This document shows positions 1 to 12,725 of a stretch of 64,000 nucleotides of DNA, piece after piece. Both the position numbers and the translations under genes were made by a program. The DNA is from Felis catus. Its lineage: Eukaryota. The notes below the pieces were generated by a model that saw nothing but the letters and a program-made list of their open reading frames with translations, was not told where the DNA came from and ran no database searches. Within the stretch, counting starts at the first letter, position 1, and the number at the start of each line of letters is the position of its first letter. The stretch covers positions 48,608,001-48,672,000 of the forward strand of contig NC_058374.1 of the NCBI RefSeq assembly GCF_018350175.1. The letters are read 5' to 3'.

Positions 1-299
1 GACTTTGCAGGAGGAAAGGGCGAATCTTGCTGGCTCAGGCTGCTGGTCGTTGTGGTGGGTAAGCAGTGAGGGTGTGAGGACACCCGGTGGCAATCTGTCC
101 CTACCATGTGCCCAGAATGCACCGTCTCTCTGTGACCTGGCAATCTTGCCTCGCTCTGGGGACCAGCTTCCCGTAACCCCCCACCAGGGAGACCACACTC
201 CAGGCCTCTGGCCTTCAGTGGTGCCCAGACTCCCTCACGTGCTTGCTTCCCCAGAGTTGATCTCCTGGGGTCCTTTCCTTGAGGTCAGCGAGAGTGACA

Positions 300-432
300 G
301 GCAGGCCACCTGCCTGCAGTGTGGGGTTCACACTACGAAGATAGCATTGAGTAGTTGTGACAGAGGCTGTATGGCTCACAACGCCCAAAATATCTACCAT
401 CTGGCCCTTTACAGAAAGTTTGCTGATCCCTG
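300..432 (+). mobile_element. hAT-Charlie DNA transposon fragment (MER58-like)
   Basis: Diagnostic end sequence tatctaccatctggccctttacagaaagtttgctgatccctg. Confidence 0.7.
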
Positions 433-1132
433 TTCTAGTCTAATAGTGGAAACGAACAAATAAAAATACAAAATAAAAAAACCAAATAAATGCAAAGCAT
501 CTATTTAAATAACTGGGTTGCTCTAATAAATGTGGTATGTTATTCTTTGCTTTTTTTTGTTAACCATAAGGTTTTTCATGAACATGTATTTTATGAATAA
601 ACTCTCAGTACAAATTATGGATTTTAAAATCCTACGATCTGTGTTACTCAGTAATAAGAACGGCTATAGATGTTGGGTTTGTACTCTGCATTTTGATTCC
701 CTTATCACTCAAAAAAGCCAACAAGTATTATTTGAAGGTATGGAGTTTTTTGTCTGTACGCTTTATTTTTTGTTTTGCAGTTAAGTCCCTAACTATGGCA
801 ACCTTTATCAACTCCCAGAAAAAAGTCCAGCTTTCATAAAGATAGAATGACCTTTTCGTTTGTGGGTAGTGTATTTTATAAAATCAGACAGGATTTCAGA
901 GCTATTTTAATATCTGTTTTTCCCTTCTCCCTGCCTGAATTTTGGTTGTTACCTTCTTTCTTTACTCTCATTCCCCATTTTATTGGAGCCAAGGTTGCTG
1001 GGTGAAGTGATAATAATGGAGTTAATCCTGTTTTTCCCTGGACTCTAATTTTTCTTGAGATTCTATGGATATAAACACTATCGCATTCTAAGTTTCCTCC
1101 CAAAACATTGGTATACAAATCCCCAAAACAAA

Positions 1133-1358
1133 TTTTTTTTTTAATTTTTTTTTTTAACGTTTATTTATTTTTGAGACAGAGAGAGACAGAGCATGAACGG
1201 GGGAGGGGCAGAGAGAGAGGGAGACACAGAATCGGAAGCAGGCTCCAGGCTCTGAGCCATCAGCCCAGAGCCCGACGTGGGGCTCGAACTCACAGACCGC
1301 GAGATCGTGACCTGAGCTGAAGTCGGACGCTTAACCGACTGAGCCACCCAGGCACCCC
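1133..1358 (-). mobile_element. CanSINE (felid SINEC_Fc type)
   Basis: tRNA-derived head (revcomp ggggtgcctgggtggctcagtcggttaagcgtccgact), CT tract, A-tail; inserted in the tail of the adjacent SINE. Confidence 0.95.
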
Positions 1359-1364
1359 ACAAAA

Positions 1365-1559
1365 TTTTTTTTTTAACGTTTATTTTTGAGAGAGAGAGAG
1401 AGAGACAGAGAGCGATCGGTGGAGGGGCAGAGAGGGAGGGAGACACAGAATCCAAAGCAGGCTCCAGGTTCTGAGCACAGAGCCCGACGCAGGGCTGGAA
1501 GCCACTAACTGTGAGATCATGACCTGAGCCCAAGTCGGATGGAACCACCCAGGTGCCCC
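1365..1559 (-). mobile_element. CanSINE
   Basis: Same SINE body, more diverged; flanking ccccaaaaca repeats. Confidence 0.9.
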
Positions 1560-2464
1560 AAAACATTTTTTTTTTTTTTTGCATCTCACAGCACTATTCA
1601 AGTGTTAATTCTCCTAGTTATCAGTTATTTATCTCTTGTAAATGTGATACAATTCTTACTAAATAGGGATTCATTATGGTAAATTGCAATACAAGACAAC
1701 TTTTAGGCTTCGGAAGCCTAATGAGGGGAAATAACCTGTTTGAATATGGTAACAGATCAAGGAAAAACATGTATGTGGGAATCCATGGTCTTTTCTTTGC
1801 AAACTTATTATTTTTTTTAAACAAAATGTTTTTCCTATTAGGGTCGCAGCACTATTAAGGTAATCAGTTGATATTTAGTATTTCTAACCTTTCAGAAAAA
1901 ACATTTCCACTTTTAAAAAACTCATTTATAAGATTTTTAAGAAGATTTTTTAAAAAGATTATAAAGATATGATGAAAAGGTCTTTCACTGCTACGTGGCA
2001 TGTAATAGCCGTCAGATTATTTTTTTCCAAATTGTTTATTAGCACAGGTTAAATAAAATTCTTTTAAAAATTAGTGTTGGTAAATACTGTATTCAAGGTA
2101 TGGGACAGAAGTGATACAGACACATGCTTATTTCTTGAAATTTCCCTAAGGACCTTGAAGGTAGGAACCTCATCTGATTTTGCTTTACACTGTTTTCCTA
2201 GCACCTAGCTCACAGCAGGTGCTCAGCAACTATCTACAGAATGAATAGTTTATTTCTCATGTCTCCTTAAGCCAGGAGATACCTCATTCCATCAACTACC
2301 CTTTCATTCTCCAACCTCTCCTTCTCTACTGTCCATTGACCCTCAGCAAAATTGAGCATGCTGATCAAGCAAAACCCTTCTGCTCAGCCAGTCTTCAGCC
2401 ACCTGCCCTCTGTCCTACCTACTTCTCTTCACAGCCAAACTATAAGGCATTCTTAGAAATAAGA

Positions 2465-2685
2465 GGGGCACCTGGGTGGCTCAGTCGCTTAAACGGCCGA
2501 CTTTGGCTTGGGTCATGATCTCGTGGTCTGTGAGTTTGAGCCCTGCGTCGGGCTCTGTGTTGACGGCTCGGAGCCTGGAGCCTGCTTTGGATTCTGTGTC
2601 TCCCTTTCTCTCTGCCCCTCCCCTGCTCACACTCTTGTCTCTCTCAAAAATAAATAAACATTAACAAAAAAAAAAAAAAAGAAAA
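2465..2685 (+). mobile_element. CanSINE
   Basis: Head ggggcacctgggtggctcag, A-tail, TSD agaaataaga. Confidence 0.95.
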
Positions 2686-4271
2686 GAAATAAGAGAACTG
2701 TGGTAGGGAGACTTATTTTGGTCTCATAGAGGTCCCAGCTCTGACCTTTGCTAAAAGTCCTTCATCCTAGGGATGGAAAGAACAGAAAGATTTCCCCACA
2801 GCTCATTTATACCTTCCTGAACCCAGGACTCGGTGTGTAGAAATTATCCATACCTCTGCTCAGTGACAGCTTTGAACTCTAGCAGTGCTGCCGTAAAGGC
2901 CTGTCCTCCAAACGGATTCTGACTGACGACCCTTTTCATATAGTAGATGTGCTGCAGTCAGAATTGAGGACACAACCTGAGTGTGCAGTTGTATATGAGG
3001 TGGTGATTGTGGCATCTTCTGTGGCCTGAAGAATTACTTGATGAAGTAAAAGAAAGTTTAAGAAATATTACAAAAAAGTCTCCCAACTCTATATAAAGTG
3101 GTATTTTATAAAGAGCACAAACTGGAATATACAAAATGAGAATTGAAACTAAACGAAACTTTGGGTGTCGTCTAGGACTTTATGCTGATTCTACGCCATG
3201 GCAGAATATTGTTGTGGTGATCCTTCACATCTTAAGCCCAGGAAAAAGAGTAAAAGGAGTTTCAAAATGACTTTAAGGGGCAATTAATGTGTAACAAAGT
3301 GACACTTTGAGAAGGAAACAGTAATATTTATCCATATTATCTGCTTAGAGATTTGTATCAAGCTTAGCAGTGATCAAACCAGTTTTTTGAAAACATGACA
3401 TAAATTATGATCCTGATGGTTAAGTGCCGACTCAGAATCGACCCAAGTTTTGAACTGCTGATTCCCTTTTCCTGCAGATATGGCTAACATATAAAATGTG
3501 TCAGATTGTGCAACTGACCTTTCATACAATTAAACTAGTGATATTAGGAAATGACTTTAAGATAAACTGTCAACAGCTCCCTTAATAAATGTGAAAACAC
3601 AAATCTCTTGGACAAAAATATAAATTTTAAGCAAGAACATTAAAAATTTGCAGACCAAATACCGAAGAACAATTGTTTACACTTAGATTATAATGTTGAC
3701 TTGATGATGATGTAACTGTGTCTCAATCTTGTATCTAAATGATAAAAGATTCAATTCACTTACTGGCCTGCACTGATTATACCAAAAACAAAAACCTCCA
3801 AATGATCCATAGACTGCTTTGACAGGATTTGCTTTAACCCGGAGTAACTTCCAAGAAAAAGTCACATACACAAATCTCAGAACAGAAATGTAAAAATCCA
3901 TCAAAGAAATCACCCTCAAGAGAAGAACAGCCTTATTGTGTTATTTTACTATCTTTTTAGGATGTCACCAATTTTTGATGACTCACATGACAGGTTTTTA
4001 AGATCTAGTGGAAAGAATAGGTACACTTAGCCTAAACTCAGTGTATACATGGTCTCCTTGGGCTTGTACATGTGTCTTTGTTCGTAGAATATTCACACTT
4101 TGGGCCACTGGATAAGTCACACAAACCTTTTGGCTTCAATATTCTCATTTGTAAAATGGGGAAAGTATCTACGAACATCATTTCCCAGGATTACTGGCTA
4201 GATGAATTAGTTAGAAAATGGTACTGATGTAAATTAATAAAATTAAGCATCCTTACTCATTTTATGTGCTT

Positions 4272-4656
4272 TTATTTTTTTTAATGCTTACTAAGTTTTG
4301 AGAGAGTATGCACACACATGAGCAAGGGAAGGGGAGACGGAGGATCTGAAGCAGGCTCTTCATGGACAGTAGAAAGCCCGACGTGGGGCTCGAACTCATG
4401 AACCCCAAGATCATGCATGACCTGAGCCAAAGTCAGATACCTGGGCATCCCTCATTTCATGTGCCTTTTTTAGTATTATTTTTGAGAGGGAGACAGTGCA
4501 AGCAGGGGAGGGGCAGAGAGAGAGGGACACAATCTGAAGCGGGCTCTGGGCTCCAAGCTGGAGGCGCAGAGCCTGATGTGGGACTCAAACTCACCAACTG
4601 TGAGATCATGACCTGAGTCGGTCATATGCTTAACTGACTGAGCCACCCGGCAACCC
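4272..4656 (-). mobile_element. Two tandem CanSINEs (approx. 4272-4451 and 4466-4656)
   Basis: Two SINE bodies separated and flanked by copies of ttatgtgctttt. Confidence 0.85.
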
Positions 4657-5077
4657 TTATGTGCTTTTACTAATAAAAGCTTATACAACTGACAATGCAA
4701 TAAAGTAAAAGAAGTAACCTTATCTGGTTATCTAATGATTTAGAAATGGTTTCAAAGCTTTTTATCATCAATTAGTGTCAGCTCACAAAGCTCTGGGAAA
4801 GCAAATAGTCTTTGAGAAGACTCATCTTCCACACAATTAATAACCTCTCAATTTCTCCAAAGCCAATAAGATTAATTCTGAAAGAAAGTAATCCTCTTTT
4901 CTTGATCCCTTAAAATTTAAAACTTAGTTTTAACCATATCTTCAATCAGAGTTTCATTGTGTACCAGCTACGGTAGTTCCTTAAAACCCAAGTTTTAAAT
5001 ACTGGTTTCTTTTCTGCCCATAACACAGGTATATTTATATATTACCAGTAACACAGAGGATGTCTTGGTGTAGAACA

Positions 5078-5091
5078 TTTATTTATTTATT
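5078..5091 (-). terminator. WBP11: WBP11 polyadenylation signal (three overlapping AATAAA)
   Basis: Plus-strand tttatttatttatt about 560 nt past the WBP11 stop codon. Confidence 0.7.
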
Positions 5092-5644
5092 CCATGAAAC
5101 ACTCAAAGTTTAGGTCAGTGGGAAATAATTTTAATCAAAGAATTGTACAATTTCTTCCCACATATCTTGCTTTGTATTAGGAAATGACATTGCGATCCAT
5201 TTCACTAAAATATTACAAAATATTTACAAGAAAATATTAAAATAACTCAAACACAAAAGGCAAGATGGGGTAAAATAAACTGTTTTTCAGAAATCTCTAC
5301 TCCAGTGCCCACAGCACACAAGAAGAGAATCCTAACAAATAAGTAACAAAGATCCCCCGATCACGTTTCCAAAGAACTGGAGAAGGGGAACAAACGGGAT
5401 GAAAATGGTGGCATGAAGGGAAAGGATGTTAGCAGCACGGCTTCAATAACCAATCTATTCTGAACGAAATAACTCTGTCTTATATGCAACAAATTCTGAA
5501 CAAGGCTAAGTTTTAGGATATTCCTTGAACTGAAATGTAAAAATACCCTGACAGTGAAAGTAGCTCTTTCACTAAGTTTAGCAAGAGCCTCTTTCCCCAC
5601 GAACCACTCATGTGAACAGAAACCTGTTCTGGCATTAAAAGCTG

Positions 5645-6078
5645 TCACAGTAGCCCTTCCATTTCTTTCATGAAAGCTTCATAAACATCATCCTTAGTTT
5701 GCACTGAGACCGGGACAGATGGACCAGATTTGGGGGCTGCTTTGGCAAGAGGCACAGCAGAATCATCCTCTGACTTTCTTTGGGGAGCAGCAGCGGCCCC
5801 TTTATTCTCCCGACGTACCCTCAACGCAGTGGGCACGAATCGAGTAATCTCTGCCTTGGGATTGGTGATCTGTGGCTTGGCACTGATGGTTGCGGTGGCT
5901 TTCTTCTCAATGGTGGCTGCGCTTGTATCATCCGCCTTGGGTCGCTGAATCAAGTTGGGTGGAGCACTTAGAACCCCCGGGTTCGGCAAGGGAGCTGGTG
6001 GGAAAAGCCCAGGTGGGGCAGGTCCAAGTGGAGGCACCAAAGGTGGGCGCATCATGCCAGGACGGGGTGGAGGGATAC
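5645..6078 (-). CDS. WBP11: WW domain-binding protein 11 (SIPP1/NpwBP), exon 12 (last coding exon)
   Basis: Acceptor tttag|GT; encodes IPPPRPGMMRPP...DDVYEAFMKEMEGLL*; 434 nt. Confidence 0.97.
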
Positions 6079-6278
6079 CTAAATGAAGGCGAAAACGGGC
6101 CGATGAATACTACGTGAAGCCATTTTAACCATTAAAGATGTTAAAAACATAGGTTGACAATTTTTAAAAAATGGGCAATTTAGAAAAAATAAGCTAAAAT
6201 CATACTGCTTGCTTTTGAAACTCAGGAATACTTTTTGATAGGAAGGAATATTTTATCATGAAATTGTATTCACTTTCA

Positions 6279-6502
6279 TTTTTTTTTTAATTTTTTTTTT
6301 TTTAACGTTTATTTATTTTTGAGACAGAGACAGAGCATGAATGGGAGAGGGTCAGAGAGAGAGGGAGACACAGAATCTGAAACAGGCTCCAGGCTCTGAG
6401 CGGTCAGCACAGAGCCCGACGCGGGGCTCGAACTCACAGACCGTGAGATCATGACCTGAGCCGAAGTCGGCCGCTTAACCGACTGAGCCACCCAGGCGCC
6501 CC
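6279..6502 (-). mobile_element. Young CanSINE in WBP11 intron 11
   Basis: Near-consensus body; 19-bp TSD gaaattgtattcactttca (6260-6278, 6505-6523). Confidence 0.96.
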
Positions 6503-7479
6503 AGGAAATTGTATTCACTTTCAGTGTGTGTCCCTGTACTTATGTTTTCTTCCTCTCAGAGTAATGTACTATTTTAATCTATAAAGTTGACAACACCAAC
6601 TGGTTTCAAGTAGGATGTCACCTTTGTCAAATTTCAAATCTGACAGCCCAAGACACTATACTAGCTGTGTAATGCAGATACTATCAAGGCCAAGGTTTCA
6701 TTCTCATGCATTATTTACTGATTTCCATACCATTCCTCCCCTGAAAAAAGTAGCCCCATGGGCAGGAAATGTAATTCTAACCTTGGAATGAGAGAACGTA
6801 ACTAATCACAGTATGTCACCACCACTGGAAAAGAATTCGTGTCCTTTTGATGGTTCAGACATACCATTGTCATTTACCCAGAACCTCCAGATTATTTTTC
6901 TTCAAACACCACTTTTAAGATTGAATATAAAGTACCAAGTTTCACAGAACCTAAGATGCTATTACTTATACAGATTCATAATTATTCTGGATACCACTGA
7001 GAATCGGGGGGGGTTAAAAGCAGGCTTTCACATTAAACCGTGAGTCAATGTAATAAACTAGAAATACACATACCACACAAACTAAGAGTGCAAGGAAATC
7101 TGCATATTTCACACTGATACTGGTTAAGAGAGGAGGGGGAATCTGCCTTATAATTTTAAACTTTAAATTCATACTCATGTAAATAAATAGAATGACTTCA
7201 CAATTAGAAGCGTTGCCTGTCCCTGTCTGTGCAAAACACCCTACTCAAATGGAGAATTTAATCCAAGGTGGTCTTTGGCTGGGAAAAATCCCTCATACGA
7301 CAGACAGAATCCAATGCAAATACCCTTTGGAAAAACTCAACTTCAACCTACGCCAAAAGCGATTTAAAAGCATTTTAGAATACCCCTTGACTTCAGGATA
7401 TCGAAATGTGACAATATGTCTTAGAGCAGGATGAAGTATGTGGTAGTCAAATTTTTGTAGTGTAAATCAAGAGCTTTAC

Positions 7480-7662
7480 CTGGAGGCGCAGGGGGAGGTA
7501 GCCTTGGTGGGGGTCCCCGAGGAGGAGGGCCAGGAGGCAGACCTGGAGGTGGACCTGGGGGAGGACCAGGGGGCCGGCCTGGGGGTGGGCCTGGAGGTAA
7601 AAGTCGGGGTAAAGGCCCTCGGAGCCCTGGCATTCCAGGTGGTCTCAGGAATGGAGGAGCTC
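7480..7662 (-). CDS. WBP11: WBP11 exon 11 (proline-rich)
   Basis: cag|GA ... G|gtaaag; APPFLRPPGMPGLRGPLPRLLPPGPPPGRPP; 183 nt. Confidence 0.96.
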
Positions 7663-8332
7663 CTGTAAACAGAAAAACGGCAAATTAGCGTAAGACAAAT
7701 AACATATGAAGTAGGTAACTGTGGTATAAAGGTAACTCTGATGTGGTCTGACTTATCATTTTAACTTGAAATCAGGTAACTTCAAAAACTGACCAAAACA
7801 TATGTGGAAACTGAATTCATTCAACAAATATCTGAGCACCAGATAGGGTAGTAATTTTGTTATGGATCATTTCTGTTTATATCCCAGCACTGAAAAAAAA
7901 CATAATCACAGCTCTGCTGGGCTAGACACTGTACAAAGATGAGAAGAATTCTTAAATTTCCAAAATAAAGCTGAAAATGGAATACAGAGCAGGGTGCTTT
8001 AAGAACTCCCCTGAAACACAGTAAGATATTGACAAAGACCACTGAAAAGGGTGTAAGATAGGTAATTTGCTTTTGCACCACCAATTGGAAAAGGATAAAC
8101 TCAAGTGAAAAAACTTAACTGGCCAACTGCAGGATGAAGAACTATAAAATCATAAATGGCCAAGAAGTTCGCATTTTAAATAAACTTCTTATACTGGTAT
8201 GCCAAACTACATTAATACTGATCACTTTTATCTCTGAAGACTGACATCCAACAATTCCCAACCAAAGAAGGATACTTGATAGTATTTACTGTGCCCTAGT
8301 CTCACTAGCTATCAATTTAGAATTCGGCCAAC

Positions 8333-8414
8333 CTGTCATATTAAAAAGCAGTACTAAAGAAACCCCCCGTTTCGTATTCCAGTTTCCGCCTGCGAACGTC
8401 AGAAGTGAAGAACC
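8333..8414 (-). other. WBP11: Candidate NMD-inducing (poison) cassette exon in WBP11 intron 10
   Basis: Acceptor tcttcttttttcag|G, donor CAG|gttggc, 82 nt, in-frame TAA at 8341-8343, CpG-rich. Confidence 0.45.
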
Positions 8415-8630
8415 CTGAAAAAAGAAGACCTTTGGAGAAAAAGACGGCTGTCGTAAGTACTATGAATTGCAAATAGTGCTGTAGGAATAAATCGCACTTA
8501 TCCTTTCTCTCTTAGGGTATCAGGAGAAAAGAAAACATCAGCACTAATGATGTATATTTTTGAAATGACTTCATCATTCTAATCACAGAGAGATGTAATT
8601 ATTTTTCACAATACCGAAGTGCTAATTTAC

Positions 8631-8924
8631 CTGGAGGTGGTCCAGGAGGAAGGCCAGTAGGTGGTCCAGGTGGCCGTAAAGGTGGAGCAGGGGGTGGTCC
8701 AAGAGGAGGTGGTCCTGGCATGGGAGGTGCTTGTATCTGAGAAGGAGGAACAGACTGTGGGGGAGCTTGCTGCTGTGAAGAGGCAGCAGATGTGCCATCA
8801 GAAAGAGATTCCTCTTTATGCTGTTTCTGTGATTGCTTTTCCGCTTCAGAATCATCAGAATCATCTTCATCATCATCCTCTGAAAATTCTTCTACTTCTC
8901 GTCCCTCCTCTGGGATTTCCTGAC
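8631..8924 (-). CDS. WBP11: WBP11 exon 10 (acidic and proline-rich)
   Basis: tag|GT ... G|gtaaat; QEIPEEGREVEEFSEDDDEDD...PPGPPP; 294 nt. Confidence 0.96.
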
Positions 8925-9341
8925 CTAAAGGAAATTTTAAACCAGGTAAATGGGACTGATTCATTTTTTACAGTCTGCAAAAAAGTGATGCCTGAAGACA
9001 CATGCTCAATTCAGTGCTTTCTTACAATTATCTCAATAGTCTTCTTCAGTAAAATACTTAGATGTGGAAGAATCAAACAGTATTCCACTCATCTATGTTA
9101 CTGGAGCAGAATAAGCCCAGGCTTTTGAACAAGACCGACCTGGATCTAAATGCCAGTGTAACAACTTACTAGCTGGGCAACTCTGGACAGCTTACCTTAA
9201 TGTCTCCAAACCTAACTTTTGTAAAACAGGATTTATTATTTACTTTAGGGTTGCTGAGACACTAAATGGGAAACCATATGTAAAGGAACTAGCAGGAGGA
9301 ACTATCCAAAAGGTGATTTCACGCCTCTTTCCCAGTTTTAC

Positions 9342-9443
9342 CTGCCATTCGAAGCATCATGGCTTGAAGAGGAGTCAGCTCCTTCATGTTCTTCTTTTTC
9401 TTCCTTGATTTTCCAGGCATATCTGCAAATCTTACACTCAGAC
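9342..9443 (-). CDS. WBP11: WBP11 exon 9 (SVRF PP1-docking-type motif, basic cluster)
   Basis: aag|GT ... G|gtaaaa; LSVRFADMPGKSRKKKKNMKELTPLQAMMLRMA; 102 nt. Confidence 0.95.
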
Positions 9444-9639
9444 CTTAGGGGCCAGGGGAGGGAGAGAATGGGGTAGATCAGGAACAACAAAATTCAGTAA
9501 ATGCTTACTATAGAATGCTATAAAGCACCAGATATGATGGCTGCCCACTATTTGGCAGAAGTTAAGTGCTGAAAGAGCCATATAAAAGGTAATAGAAGAA
9601 GTGCCTACTGGTGGTAAACATATGCAATTGTGATTTCAA

Positions 9640-10570
9640 ATCCATCAATTTTAAAAACTTGAAGAATACCATCAATATCTTTATGCCTGTAAAACTGAAA
9701 ACCCTGATAAAAGACAGTTCTCTCTAAAAATATAAATTACAAAAATTGGCCAGAGAAGAGATAAGACCAGAATTTATAAAATTGAAGTGGTAGTTAAAAA
9801 TCTTTTTTTAACCTGGCCCAAATAATTTTTACAAGGAACTTCAGGCAAACGTGGGAGTTACAGAAATTTCCTGTAAAAGGGCACAGGAAGAGATGGAATG
9901 CAATCCAGAACTCATGAAGCCAGCACAACCCTGATACCAAAACTAACCTACTATAAGATACAGTTGACCCTCGAACAACATGGGTTTGAATTGAGTGGGT
10001 CCACTTATGCATGGATTTTTTTTGTGATATAGTACAGTACTGTAACTGTACTTTCCTTATGAATTATTAACACTATTTTCTTTCCTCTAGCCTACTTTAT
10101 TGCATGACTGTAGTATATAATACACGCAACAGACAAAATGTGTGTTCATCAATGGTTTGTGTTATCGGTAAAACTTCCGGTCAGCACTAGGCTATTAAGT
10201 TTTGGGGGAACCAAAAGTTATGCACGGATGTTCTGATTGCACACAGGGTCGGTGCTCCTAACCCTGGTGTTGTCATACCCACCTGTATAACCAAACAGAA
10301 TCTAACAGTGTTTTAAAAGAAAAATACATCATAAACATGTAGGGTTGGTCCCAGAAATGCAAGGTGAGGTTTAACATTAGAAAAGCCATGAATATAGTTC
10401 ATTACATTAAACAACTTAAAAACCATAACATCCCACAGATGCTTAAGAATATTTATTACAAAAACTCTTAGCAAAGTAGGACTAGAAGGGACCTTTTTAA
10501 CCTGATAAATCAAGCTATCTACTAGATGCTATTAAACATGTTGCCAAAGGGTACAACATTGGAAGCAATC
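9640..10570 (+). mobile_element. Old L1 ORF2 remnant interrupted by a Tigger element
   Basis: Degenerate L1-like A-rich sequence (ccctgataccaaaact; cccagaaatgcaagg; aaagtaggactagaaggg). Confidence 0.55.
9961..10285 (+). mobile_element. TcMar-Tigger non-autonomous DNA transposon (Tigger2/MER8-like)
   Basis: TIR start cagttgaccctcgaacaacatgggtttgaa, TA flanks. Confidence 0.8.
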
Positions 10571-11674
10571 TTTGTTGGTAAACATTTACAAAGTTCCATG
10601 TGGGCAGGGCTTTAGTTGTGTTCACTTTGTATCCTTTGTCTAGGAAAATTCCTTGCATACAGTACAAAATGAACAAATATTAGATGAATGTCAAATTATA
10701 GTTAGGATAGCCACTTTCAGCACATGTACACTGATGAGTATGTATGAGTAACAAAAGGTGGCAGAAAAAGGGAAAAATGAGGCAAAGGATCACACAATGC
10801 CAGAGAAAAATGGAGCTGCTGTGGCTCTAAGGACTTGCTATTTTTGAGTGCTAGCTCCTATGTAAGTCCTCCATAACTTTTCGTTACCAGCTCTACACAC
10901 CCCTTTAACCAAGCTTTTTGGTTTGCAACCATGATTTTTAAGAAATATCAGAGGAAAGATCTGTCATCATTATAAATACATCAGTAGTATTACTAACACA
11001 TAAATATGGTATTGTAGGTTACAAAAACAATTTTAAAAGAAACTGCAAGACTACAGAGGTGTGAGAGATTATTATACATTTTGCACTGCTCAGTTTCTAT
11101 CATGATGCTTAACATTTTCTTGATGAATATCATAACTACTTTTTAAAAGTACACGTAACTCAGTCCGATTTTGTAATAATCAAATGGACACATAACCTAC
11201 ATTTTGGATGTTTCCATTACATCATGACTCACTTGCAAGTGTACCTGAATTATAATTGTGGTCTGGTTCATGTGAAGACACAACGAACACAGAAAACTTA
11301 AGTTATTTAAACACACTTATTAAAAAACAAACAAACCAACAATGTGAATATGGCTTTCTCAGTATGGTTGTGTGCTTATTCTCCTTTTTTCCTACAGATC
11401 CCCATAAAAGTACATCCTCATGCTGTTGAAATAGTTATTTTTCTCCCCAAGTGGACTTTATTACATACACTGCTTAATTTATTTTTCCATCACAAACATC
11501 CACCGAGTACTTAGTATGTGTCAAGAACTTTTAAGATTGAGATACAAAGATGAATGGAGCTATGATCCTTCCTTTCAAGATATTCACAATTATTTTTACA
11601 GATGTGTTAATAAATCAAGACCTTTGTCTTGTGTATTTATTGATCAATACCATGGACCTTTCATCAGCACATAC

Positions 11675-11866
11675 CTGACTTTTTTTCTTCATTGTTGTCT
11701 CTTTCATTATCATCACGGTGCACAAACTCATCCCCTTCACTTTCTCCATCTGATCTGTCAGTGTCGCTGTCATCAGTACTGTCATCATGCTTATCTTGAT
11801 CCATGTCCTCAGGATACCCATCATCTTCACTGGTGCTGGAAACATCGTCGTCATGACCCCGTTGAG
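11675..11866 (-). CDS. WBP11: WBP11 exon 8 (acidic)
   Basis: cag|CT ... G|gtatgt; QRGHDDDVSSTSEDDGYPEDMDQDK...EEKKS; 192 nt. Confidence 0.96.
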
Positions 11867-12525
11867 CTGACAAAGTAGGAGGGAGCAGGAAACAAGTATT
11901 ACTATTGGATCCTCCACATACACACGGGGTCTCAGAGCACAGAAAACTATTATTTAACTCAGAATGACCTACCTGTTTCTGTACGTTCTGTATATGAACC
12001 TACAGATTCTGGTTCTGTATATGAACCAGAAAGGTTCTGTATATGATATGAGCTGTTCATACCGTCTAACAATATTTCCATATGGTAACAGTTTTAAAAC
12101 CTTTTTGATAACGTAAGGTATTTTTTAAAAGGTTTAAATTTGAAAACAAATTCTATATGTGGAAACTTGGATGCACACACATATACAAGATATTTGTTTA
12201 TATAGAGAACATATAAAACTATGTTCTAGTCTGAGGGCAATAAAACTGAAAAGGAAACAAGTATCTGAATCTTAAGGGATTGTTAGTAAGAAGGTGACAT
12301 CTCTTAATAGAGCCTATTTTAAAACACAATAAACATTTCTATATTTTCTTATGTATGATGCTTTTACTTAAGCAAATTCTGTGACTTATCCGTCTGTTAG
12401 TATGTACATGTAATCCTCATTCATTTTCCAAGTTCTGAGGATGGTAAACAAGATGTTAAACAGGGCCAGCTTAAAAAATGACAGTAGAAAGGTTGTTAAA
12501 AGCAAAAGAAACAGTCACTCCTTAC

Positions 12526-12725
12526 CAAGTTCCGGACTATACAACATGTCTTCATCCCGCCTACGAGGGGGAAGATCTAGAGCAAAGCCCACTTTACGGC
12601 CATACATTTGCAAGACTTGAGGAGGTGGTGGGCCAGGGGGAGGACCTGGAGGTTTTCTGCCAGGGGGCAAACGTGGAACACCATGACCGAGAAGAGGAAG
12701 TATAGAAACTGCCCGCGTTGGAGGT
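12526..12725 (-). CDS. WBP11: WBP11 exon 7 (RKVGF PP1-docking-type motif)
   Basis: tag|A ... G|gtaagg; PPTRAVSILPLLGHGVPRLPPGRKPPG...YGRKVGFALDLPP; 200 nt. Confidence 0.95.

Noticed and set aside
5-463. 152-aa ORF at the window start
   Set aside because: Non-ATG start, no recognisable homology, runs into a MER58-like transposon
1108-1601. Recurrent 60-140 aa ORFs with motifs such as AQVMISRSVSSSPASGSVLTAQSLEP or GRGRERGRHRI, here and at many other sites
   Set aside because: Translations of CanSINE sequence, not a gene family
2465-2540. tRNA-like A/B-box sequence in SINE heads
   Set aside because: tRNA-derived SINE heads followed by CT tract and A-tail; not tRNA genes
8661-9128. 155-aa plus-strand ORF and other ORFs antisense to WBP11 exons
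   Set aside because: Shadow ORFs caused by Pro/Asp/Glu codon bias on the opposite strand
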